A stretch of DNA of 64,000 nucleotides from an uncultured Bacteroidota bacterium. GTDB lineage: Bacteria; Bacteroidota; Bacteroidia; AKYH767-A; OLB10. Where the stretch lies: contig CAWFDA010000024.1 of the NCBI GenBank assembly GCA_963814475.1, positions 5,685 through 69,684 of the forward strand, written 5' to 3'. Positions 52,406 to 61,201 of this stretch are shown here, in pieces. The notes beneath the pieces are model-generated. The model was not told the origin of the DNA, did no database searches, and saw only the letters and a list, made by a program, of their open reading frames with translations. Every line of letters begins with the position of its first letter. The first letter of the stretch is position 1. The position numbers and the translations under genes were made by a program.

Positions 52406-53644
52406 ATGGCTAATTTGGAGTTATTTATTAAGGTGATGATTGCGCTCATCATAATCATTGTGATGGCTCAGGTATTTGGGAGATTAATAAAAATAGTAGG
52501 GCAGCCTTCAGTAGTTGGGGAGATGATTTCCGGTGTGGTTTTAGGCCCTACGGTGTTCGGCTTTTTTTTACCTGATGTATCCGGATTTATTTTTCCAAAG
52601 GAAATTATGCCGGCGCTTTTTATTATCAGCAACCTAGGACTTTCCATATACATGTTTTTGGTGGGAGCTGAATTGAATTTAACATTATTCAATAAAAAGG
52701 CAGTCCACGATGCTACAGCTTTATCTGCAGCAGCAACCATAGTACCCTTTATAATGGGGGGTATTGCGGCGTGGTTATTCAACGATCAAATCAACACCTT
52801 AGGTATCGATAAATTATCAATGGTAATTTTTCTGGGAACAGCATTTGCCATTACAGCTTTTCCCATGCTGGCCAGAATTCTTCAGGAGCATAACATCGTT
52901 AATACTCGGATAGGTTTGCTCTCCTTATTATCGGCAAGTATTCAAGATGTAATTAGCTGGATTTTACTTGGACTTGTAACGGTGATGAGTACTACAAAAG
53001 AATATTCAGGAATTTTAATTATGGTAGTTGGAGTTGCTGTTTTGACATTAGTGCTTTTTTACTTGGTGCGTCCGGCGTTAGCCAAAGTTGCCGAAAAAGT
53101 AAATTCGTTTGAAGATCTTTCGTCAGCAAATTTTGGAATTGTTGTTGTATTGCTGTTGGTTTGTGCGTTAATAACTGATGAATTGGGGTTGTATTCGGTA
53201 TTTGGAGGATTTATTTTAGGTCTATCATTACCTCGCAGCGGATTTTTTATTCAAGCAATTTCTATGAGAATTAAAGATATAACAGTGATTGCATTCCTAC
53301 CGGCCTTTTTTGCTTTTTCAGGCTTGAATACGAATATTCTTAATTTAGGTCAGATTGATATGATTGGGCCTACTTTAGTGATAGTCCTTTTTGCATTTGT
53401 AAGCAAGTATTTCAGCTGTATGTTTACGATGCGTTTCATTAGTGGATTTAGTTGGAAGGAATCATCTGCAATTGGTGGACTTATTAATTCGCGAGGTTTA
53501 ATGGAATTGATCATTGCTAACATCGGTTTATCATATGGACTTGTTGATGCCAATTTATATTCTATTTTAGTTTTGGTGGCAGTTACAACAACATTAGCTG
53601 CACTTCCCATTTACACTGTTTCTATGAGAATCAAAAAGGTTTAG
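52406..53644 (+). CDS. cation:proton antiporter (CPA2/Kef-type Na_H_Exchanger domain)
   Basis: Motif GQPSVVGEMISGVVLGP and about 12 TM segments. Confidence 0.8.
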   Translation: MANLELFIKVMIALIIIIVMAQVFGRLIKIVGQPSVVGEMISGVVLGPTVFGFFLPDVSGFIFPKEIMPALFIISNLGLSIYMFLVGAELNLTLFNKKAVHDATALSAAATIVPFIMGGIAAWLFNDQINTLGIDKLSMVIFLGTAFAITAFPMLARILQEHNIVNTRIGLLSLLSASIQDVISWILLGLVTVMSTTKEYSGILIMVVGVAVLTLVLFYLVRPALAKVAEKVNSFEDLSSANFGIVVVLLLVCALITDELGLYSVFGGFILGLSLPRSGFFIQAISMRIKDITVIAFLPAFFAFSGLNTNILNLGQIDMIGPTLVIVLFAFVSKYFSCMFTMRFISGFSWKESSAIGGLINSRGLMELIIANIGLSYGLVDANLYSILVLVAVTTTLAALPIYTVSMRIKKV

Positions 53645-53651
53645 AAAGCAA

Positions 53652-54761
53652 TTAATGTTGTTTTAAAGCATCAAATGCTTTCCAGGCTGATGTCGCAAAA
53701 TTATCCCAGTCAAATTTTTGCACATGCTCCAATGCTCTTATCGATAACTTTTTTCGAAGAGCAGGATCCACATATATAGTTTCCATATGAGTTGCAAGTG
53801 CATTCGCATCGGTTGCATCAAAATATAATGCTGCATTACCTCCTGCTTCGGGCAAACTCGAATTATTTCCGGTTATAACAGGAGTGCCACAGCTCATCGC
53901 TTCTACAACCGGCAATCCGAATCCTTCGTAGAGGGAAGGATATATTAATGCCATTGACTGAGAGTATAATGTAGGCAGATCTTCGGCATCAGCAAAACCT
54001 GTGCAGATAATACTATCCTTAAATGGATGATCATTTAATGCAGCTGTAAAAGCTTCAGACTTCCAGCCAATGCCTCCCACAATAACCAGTAGGATGTTAT
54101 TTTTATTTTGTGTTTTAAAAATGGTAAACGCATCTAGTAAAACCATTAAATTTTTACGTGGTTCTATGGTGCCAACAAATAAAAAGTAGGGATTAGAAAT
54201 ATTATATTTTGCGAGAACACCTGGTTTATTTACGTGTTTGTAGTGTTCTGTTTTGCCTGGGTAGATACGTTTTACTTTTTTGCAGTTTTGAGGATATACT
54301 TTGCAGATGTCGTTGGCAGTATTATCGGAATTAGCAATGATGAGGTCCGTTTTATTTAGAATTCCTTTTAAAAATATTTTTTGAAGAAATTGACTGTGCC
54401 ATCTGTGAAAATAGGGGAAAAGGATTGGAGTAAGATCATGAATGATGGTAACTCTTTTAATATATTTTAGGAGGTTAAACGGGCCAAAGTGAGCGGGTTC
54501 AAGAACAACATCCACCTTTTTAATATGAAGGACCAGTGGGACAATAAAAAATAGACGTAAAGAGGCAAATCCTATAGGCAATCGTGTATTCCATATTGCA
54601 ATTTGTTTAACACTTTGGAGAGTATCATCCACTTTTTCACGAATAAGAATAATTTCATGTCCCGGATTGGTGCGTATTAATGCATCCACCATTTCTTTTG
54701 TGAACACATGAATGCCTGCATTCTGATTATCGATGGGATCGGCTAAAATGGCTATTCGCAT
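53652..54761 (-). CDS. glycosyltransferase family 4 (GT-B)
   Basis: EX7E region: YEGFGLPVVEAMSCGTPVI. Confidence 0.85.
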   Translation of the reverse strand: MRIAILADPIDNQNAGIHVFTKEMVDALIRTNPGHEIILIREKVDDTLQSVKQIAIWNTRLPIGFASLRLFFIVPLVLHIKKVDVVLEPAHFGPFNLLKYIKRVTIIHDLTPILFPYFHRWHSQFLQKIFLKGILNKTDLIIANSDNTANDICKVYPQNCKKVKRIYPGKTEHYKHVNKPGVLAKYNISNPYFLFVGTIEPRKNLMVLLDAFTIFKTQNKNNILLVIVGGIGWKSEAFTAALNDHPFKDSIICTGFADAEDLPTLYSQSMALIYPSLYEGFGLPVVEAMSCGTPVITGNNSSLPEAGGNAALYFDATDANALATHMETIYVDPALRKKLSIRALEHVQKFDWDNFATSAWKAFDALKQH

Positions 54762-54783
54762 GAGTCTTAGAATGAAGGAGCTT

Positions 54784-56849
54784 TTAATTTAATTTATTTT
54801 CGCGCATAATAGTTTTTTGATACACAATCAAAGTGTCATACACACTTTTTCTGGCAGAAAATTCAAATGAACGGTGATGAGAAAGTTGTGCCAATTTATT
54901 TCTTACTTCAGGTTCAAAGAACATGCGATGCATTTGTGATTTTATACTAAGGACATCATTAGCATCTGCAGGTAATCCCGCCACACCAACAACTTCCGTC
55001 ATGCTACTATTATTTCCATAAATCACAGGTGTTCTGCAGCTCATTGCTTCTAGCGGTGGCAAACCAAAACCCTCATAAAAGGAGACATAGCACAATGCAA
55101 TTGCTTCTGAATACAAAACTTTTAAATCATGATCTTCCACATAACCCGTAAAGATGATGCGTCCGTTATCCAGATGTAACTCTTCGGAAAGATGTTCTGT
55201 TTTCCAGCCAAAGCTTCCTGAAATTACCAAATTGACTGAAGAATTTGGATTTTCTTTCACAAACATATTAAAAGCACGAATGGTATTTGGCAAATTTTTT
55301 CTTGGTTCAATAGTAGAAAGACAAAGGAAATAAGGAGCTTCGCCAAGTTTATATTTGTTACGAACAGCAGCGCTAGCACTTTATTTTTATTCCATTTAAA
55401 TAAATCCTGATCGGCAGCTTCGTACACGAGATGAATTTTTTCTGCAGGTACTGTATAGCTTTTCTTAAGATCATCAATAGTATTTTGAGAAACTCCAATG
55501 ACTTCGGCATTTTTTTCATTCAAAAATTGCATTCCATCTTCCGCAAGTGCAATATTTGACTGAACATGAAATTGGGGAAATAATCTGTGAGTGAGATCAT
55601 GAACAGTAACTACAAATGTATGGCTAAGTGATTTAAAGTGTTCTGCATTTTGTGGAAGTGGTACATGTAACAAATCCACGATATTTTTCATGGAGTCGAG
55701 CTTGTCATAAAAGGCTAACTTTTGTTTAATAAAAGTTTTTTGTTGTATGTATTTCAATCCTTTTCTTATATCAGTCTTTTTGTAAATGTTCGAAATGTTT
55801 TGGTAAATAAAAGACGGTAAAACAGTACGCGTGATTTGTTTCAACCCCATCAAAACTTTTTCATAAGGATGTAATATTTCTGTCTCTTCCTTACCAAATA
55901 CAATTTTGTAACTCTCAAGTGGATATAATTTACGTCCAATTAATAATTGAAATTGCCAGCGAGGGTCACCGGTTTTGGTTATTTCTTCAAACCCTTTAAG
56001 CAAGTGAATTAGGTATCTTTTAATACCATCATTCCCCAGATCTGTCAGTTTAGATGCTTCTATTAATACACTATATTTTTCGGGTCCCAACAATTCACAT
56101 GGAACACCCAAAAGTTTCATGGCTTTATAATCAAGCAACGTATTTTGGTTGACTGAAGATTTGAGATGGAGATATCCCAGACTTTCCATCATTGAACCAT
56201 GATAATTCCAAAAGAGATCCTGCATTTCCTGTGACATTTCATCCTTCCAGCCACCCGATTTTCCTTTACGAAAAAATTTATCAGAGAATTTTTCCGGATT
56301 AAATTTCGGATCAACTAATTTGGAAGTGCCTCCATATTGAGGTTTTCCTTTTTTCATTTCTTCAAAACCGGGTAGATTATTCCAATTAGCTGGCGGCATT
56401 GCTATCAAATTTTCGATCCGTTTAAAAGTTGAAACAGGATCGGCAACAAGATCTTCATATTTGATAACTAACTGTGCTCTTTCTATCCATGCTGCAGCAT
56501 TGTGTGACCATCCACCAAAGAAACTGCCCTCTGCAGCGACAATAGCTTCTTGCAAATTTTCCTCAAAATCGGACCCTGGCACAACTAAATCTTTACGATG
56601 ATGTGCAATAGAAACAACAGCATCGCGACCATCTCTCACTAAATATATTGCAGGAATTGAGGGATCTGCAGGAAGAAGATCTTTTGGAAGCAGATGAGTT
56701 TTTACAAATTTGAAATCGGCATAATTTTCATCAACAGGATAGGCTGTTTCATTGTGCCAGGTGCTCGATTCTATACCATAAACATAGAATAGGATATTTC
56801 GAAAATAGGTATTCCCTGAGCGGGGAAAAGAAGCGATCCAACAGTCCAT
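54784..56849 (-). pseudogene. fused sulfotransferase-GT4 glycosyltransferase, one apparent frameshift near 55290-55390
   Basis: ORF 55257..56849 carries an N-terminal sulfotransferase domain (FPRSGNTYF PSB loop, YLVRDGRD) followed by a GT4 N-domain. ORF 54784..55293 carries the GT4 C-domain (YEGFGLPPLEAMSCRTPVI). Confidence 0.7.
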
Positions 56850-57496
56850 TAAGCCGTTTTTTTGTTTACAACTATTCGATACAATTCCATATCTACACTG
56901 TTGAGTTCAGCAAGTATTTTTCTGGTTTCAGAAGAAATAGAAGGAAGTGCTGACTTGAATTCAGCATTATCGTTAATTCTAGGAACAGTAAATTGCTTCC
57001 AGTTTAATTTTCTGCTTAACTCATGAATATCAATATCGAAGTTTTCGGTTATACCTATGTAGAAAAACTCATTTATATCCAAACCATCCATAAATTTACT
57101 CATTCTATTTTTGCTTTCCTCCATTTTTGCATAATCAAGGATTGATTCATTTTTACGTAATTGTAATTCTTTGTCTTCCGGGGCTAATGATATCCTTTTC
57201 TTAAAAAAACTGTAATTAGAAATTACCCGTTCAACCGGATCACGAAGCCAAGTAATTATTTTAGTGGATGGATGTATTTTTAAATCTGCAATTTCCTTAA
57301 ATTTAAAATGACCGTGGATGACTTTTACAGTGTTGTTTAATTGTGATTTGAATTGAGTTATTGGAGAAATAGTTTTGTCGGTATAATTTTTATTTTCATA
57401 ATGTGCAATAATTGCAGGATCATAAACAGAATTCAAAATAGTCAAAAAACTTCTGCCTGCCGTTTTAGGGATATGTAAAGAAATTAAATCGATCAC
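56849..57496 (-). CDS. sulfotransferase family 2-type protein
   Basis: N-terminal LHIPKTAGRSF loop and a WLRDPVERVISNY motif. Confidence 0.65.
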   Translation of the reverse strand: MIDLISLHIPKTAGRSFLTILNSVYDPAIIAHYENKNYTDKTISPITQFKSQLNNTVKVIHGHFKFKEIADLKIHPSTKIITWLRDPVERVISNYSFFKKRISLAPEDKELQLRKNESILDYAKMEESKNRMSKFMDGLDINEFFYIGITENFDIDIHELSRKLNWKQFTVPRINDNAEFKSALPSISSETRKILAELNSVDMELYRIVVNKKTA

Positions 57497-58182
57497 AATA
57501 AGTTCAATTTATTTTCTCGAAGCTGAATTGCTTCATCATACAATTTAACATCTTCCATATTCAACTCTCGGATTTCAAAAAGTACTTCATCAGGAATTTG
57601 ATGTGCATCTCCTGATGTTTTGTTGTGATACAGAATTTCCGGAACCGATTTCCAATTTAAAGTTGAGGAAAGTCTTTTAACCTCGTCATTAAAATATTCT
57701 TGTACACCCACAAAATCAAAAGTATCGAGATCACGACCTGCAAGAAATTTGGACTGTCTATTTCTATTAACTTCAGCACGGGCATATTCAATGAGTGTGC
57801 GTTGCATTTTGCTGAGAATGTTCAAGTTGTTGTTTTTTTCATTCAGTAATTCATTCAACCTTGATTCCAGATAGAAAAAATTGGAAATCACACGTTGAGT
57901 AGGATTACGCATCCAAGTAATTAGTTTATAGTTTTCAGGTAATGTAAAATGTTGGTTCAGCATATCAACAGAAAAATGGCCATGTATAACTTTAACTTTT
58001 GGGAGTTCATTTTTAGAATACAATTCTTCATTCATTCGTATCATTCCGGCTTCATTAATATCAAATCGAACAACTTGATTATCCCCATACACACTTTTCA
58101 AAATATTGCGGAAGGACGTACCTGCAGTTTTAGGAATGTGTAAAGAAATAAGTTCAGGAGATTTTTGTTTTGAAAATAGCAC
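57493..58182 (-). CDS. sulfotransferase family 2-type protein (tandem paralog)
   Basis: LHIPKTAGTSF and WMRNPTQRVISNF motifs. Overlaps the downstream paralog by 4 nt. Confidence 0.65.
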   Translation of the reverse strand: MLFSKQKSPELISLHIPKTAGTSFRNILKSVYGDNQVVRFDINEAGMIRMNEELYSKNELPKVKVIHGHFSVDMLNQHFTLPENYKLITWMRNPTQRVISNFFYLESRLNELLNEKNNNLNILSKMQRTLIEYARAEVNRNRQSKFLAGRDLDTFDFVGVQEYFNDEVKRLSSTLNWKSVPEILYHNKTSGDAHQIPDEVLFEIRELNMEDVKLYDEAIQLRENKLNLL

Positions 58183-58550
58183 GATCGAATTAAATTATTT
58201 TTGTAATGTAGAATTATAATTTTGTAAATGAACTGATTTATGTTTGAAGAATTTTTGTGAAACGGAAAGATGAGAATTTATTTTTGTTTTTCCAAACCAT
58301 TGTTCCTGCAAATTAACAATTGTTTTTATTGGTATTGAACAACAACATGGAATTAATATAACAGACCTATAATATAGTAAGTTGCGTTTGAAGGCTAATA
58401 ACGATATCGCATGCAATATTTTACACTTTATAATGGTAAGTAATTGCTAATCAGCAAATTGATATTATATGCAATTTTAATTTTGTTATCTTGAACTCTG
58501 CAGTTTTAAGTACATTTGCATTAAATTTAGTAATTTAATTCTATCAAAAA

Positions 58551-59006
58551 ATGAAAATAATTCTCTCTTCGATTTTATCACTTTTACTGGTAATTAATCT
58601 AGCTTCTTGCAGTGGCCCTAAAAAAGCAGCAGAGCCTCAAGTTGCAACGGCTCCGGTTGAATCAAAAGTTGTTGAACAACCGGTAAAAGAGGATGGCTCA
58701 CAAGCCAACATGGGCCTCACTCAAGGTAAAGCTCAACACAACGAATCAATTACAGGCAAAGAATTAATCGCAGGTTATACTGCTAGGTTAGTAAAAAAGC
58801 TTGAACTAACAGGTGATCAATCAACTACAGTAGAAAATGTTATGACAAAAACATTTATTGATTCCGGTGAGAAATTGGAAAATGTATATGATTTAGCCCA
58901 AGCAAAAATTATAGGAAAGAACTCTGTTGTTAAGTCTTCAGATGCTATAATGGCAATTCTTAATGAAAATCAGAAAGCAATGTTTACTAAATTTTTGCAG
59001 CAATAG
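58551..59006 (+). CDS. lipoprotein, function unknown
   Basis: Lipobox LASCS. Confidence 0.45.
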   Translation: MKIILSSILSLLLVINLASCSGPKKAAEPQVATAPVESKVVEQPVKEDGSQANMGLTQGKAQHNESITGKELIAGYTARLVKKLELTGDQSTTVENVMTKTFIDSGEKLENVYDLAQAKIIGKNSVVKSSDAIMAILNENQKAMFTKFLQQ

Positions 59007-59017
59007 AGATCCACTAT

Positions 59018-60115
59018 TTATTTTTCCGATTCTAAAATTTTATAAATTTTTAGGTATTCTTTAATACTGGTTTCGAGATGAAATTGAATGGTTGGTTTTA
59101 CTTCCCAGGTATTCAATCGTGCTTTTTCTAATTCTTTAATAAGAGATTGTGCGTCCAAATTTTCAAGAGTAAGATGTTTTCCACCAACTACTTCAGTCAA
59201 AGCTCCTTTGCCGGAACTTATTATAGGCACACCCAATGCTGAGGTTTCAGCGGCAACATAACAAAAGCCTTCACTATGAGACGGGATAATTACACAATTT
59301 GAGGTTGAAACTTCCTTTAATAAATCTTCTTTCATTAAATTATGCAACAATACAACATGCTCCTTGATTCCTTTTGAATGAATTAAATGTTTTATTTGAA
59401 GAAATAAATTTTCAGGATATGTTGGAATGATTAATTTAAAAGTGGATTCAGGATACCTTGAACAAAAAATCTTTGTTGCTTCTAATGCAACTTCCAAACC
59501 TTTCGAAATGCCTAATCTTCCGAAAAAGCAATATGTAAAAGTATTAGGTGGAGTGTGTTCGAAAGAAGAGAAATTTGCATAATTCAATCCGTTATAAATT
59601 TGAACAATTTTGTTCTCAGGAATACCTTTTTGGATTAACGATTTTTTTGTATAATTAGAAACCGCAATGTATTTATAAAATGGGAGTTTTAATATAAGCC
59701 ATTCGTAGAAATAAAATAGCTTGAGTTTCCATTTTGGAGTAAATGGTAATTTAAACCAAAGTTTATCCCATACTTCATGAAAAGTTATGATCACTTTTTT
59801 TCTTAAAAATAAACCTGCAAAATATGCCGGTATCGCCGAATTATAGGAGGTAGTATGTATACAATTAACATTTTTGGCCTGACGAATTATTTCGGGCAGA
59901 CTAAATAGAGTAAATAGGAAACGATTATAACAATTTACTCTGGTTATTTTTACCCCATTAAAAATTTCAAATTTATCAATATTTTTATCATGTAAAGTTG
60001 TTACAACATTTACATCATAACCGACTTTAGCTAGTGAAACAGTCAAGTTTAAGAATAATTCTTCTGCACCACCTACATAAGGATAAAAATGTTCAACTAC
60101 AAATAGAATTTTCAT
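59018..60115 (-). CDS. glycosyltransferase family 4 (GT-B)
   Basis: N-terminal YPYVGGAE motif and a C-terminal SEGFCYVAAETSALGVPII motif. Confidence 0.8.
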   Translation of the reverse strand: MKILFVVEHFYPYVGGAEELFLNLTVSLAKVGYDVNVVTTLHDKNIDKFEIFNGVKITRVNCYNRFLFTLFSLPEIIRQAKNVNCIHTTSYNSAIPAYFAGLFLRKKVIITFHEVWDKLWFKLPFTPKWKLKLFYFYEWLILKLPFYKYIAVSNYTKKSLIQKGIPENKIVQIYNGLNYANFSSFEHTPPNTFTYCFFGRLGISKGLEVALEATKIFCSRYPESTFKLIIPTYPENLFLQIKHLIHSKGIKEHVVLLHNLMKEDLLKEVSTSNCVIIPSHSEGFCYVAAETSALGVPIISSGKGALTEVVGGKHLTLENLDAQSLIKELEKARLNTWEVKPTIQFHLETSIKEYLKIYKILESEK

Positions 60116-60465
60116 TCTTTGTTTTCCTTCTTTAAACGATTGTCAATGGCAATCTTACGAACCAGATCGGTAATAATTTTATTTTGTTTTTTGAAGGAGT
60201 TAAATAGTTTGAAATTTAGAAAAAATGAAATAGCTAAACCGATAAAAATTATCCCGTTGATATGATCCTTTATACCAATGGAATTCGACAAAAAAGTAGT
60301 AATTCGATCCGGAAACAAGGCCACCAAGGAAATAAAGAGCCATAGCATGCTCCAGATAAGTGATTCAAATAGGGTATTAATTCCACTCTTAAACTGACGA
60401 ATAGAAAAAATTATTCCGACCAAACTTACAATGGGAACAACCAATTGATAGATTTCGAATTTCAT
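60112..60465 (-). CDS. DUF2304-like small membrane protein
   Basis: Four TM segments and a charged tail, in the typical position next to a GT2 gene with 4-nt overlaps. Confidence 0.5.
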   Translation of the reverse strand: MKFEIYQLVVPIVSLVGIIFSIRQFKSGINTLFESLIWSMLWLFISLVALFPDRITTFLSNSIGIKDHINGIIFIGLAISFFLNFKLFNSFKKQNKIITDLVRKIAIDNRLKKENKE

Positions 60466-60466
60466 G

Positions 60467-61201
60467 TTAATTATTTTTAAATAATACTGAATATAACAAA
60501 TTTAGAAGTGTTCTTATACCGCTAAAAAAATGTTGACCTTTATCTTTTATTTCAGGCGGGTAATACACTCGAATTGGTACATCTATAATTTTTAAATTAT
60601 GTTTATGACCTTTAATAAATATTTCACTGCAATGCTCATATTTATCTTGTTCTATAATTATCCGGTGCAAAGCTCTTTTATTAAACACCTTAAATCCGGA
60701 TTGTGAATCAGTTACTTTTTGTCCGGCAAAAATACTTGTTACAATATTGGCAACATTGTTATAAAATCTATTTTTTGAAGGAATGTCACTATTTTCATTT
60801 AGAAATCTGTTACCTATGGTAATATCGGCATTTTGCTCAAGATGAGATTCAATTAATTTGCGGATATCATCTACATCATGTTGTGTATCGGCATCAATCA
60901 TAACCACAATATCGGCTTTTAGTTCTTCTCTGCAATATTTTAAACCCGTTTCGGTAGCGGCACCGGCACCTCTGTTCACAAGATGTTGAAGAATGGTAAT
61001 ATTATGATTATGATTTTGAATTAACTCCATGCTATTATCGGAGGACCCATCATCAATCACAACAATATTAGTGTACCCTTTGTCTAGCACCGATGAAATC
61101 ACTTGTACGATTCGTTCGCCCTCATTATATGACGGAATTACAATAACTACGCGATTTTTATCAAAGGACATTTTAAGCTTTAAAATATTATAGAATTTCA
61201 A
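60467..61201 (-). CDS. GT2 glycosyltransferase (polyprenol-phosphate sugar synthase / GtrB-like)
   Basis: Motifs VVIVIPSYNEGERI, VIDDGSSDNS and DADTQHD. Confidence 0.85.
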   Translation of the reverse strand: MKFYNILKLKMSFDKNRVVIVIPSYNEGERIVQVISSVLDKGYTNIVVIDDGSSDNSMELIQNHNHNITILQHLVNRGAGAATETGLKYCREELKADIVVMIDADTQHDVDDIRKLIESHLEQNADITIGNRFLNENSDIPSKNRFYNNVANIVTSIFAGQKVTDSQSGFKVFNKRALHRIIIEQDKYEHCSEIFIKGHKHNLKIIDVPIRVYYPPEIKDKGQHFFSGIRTLLNLLYSVLFKNN

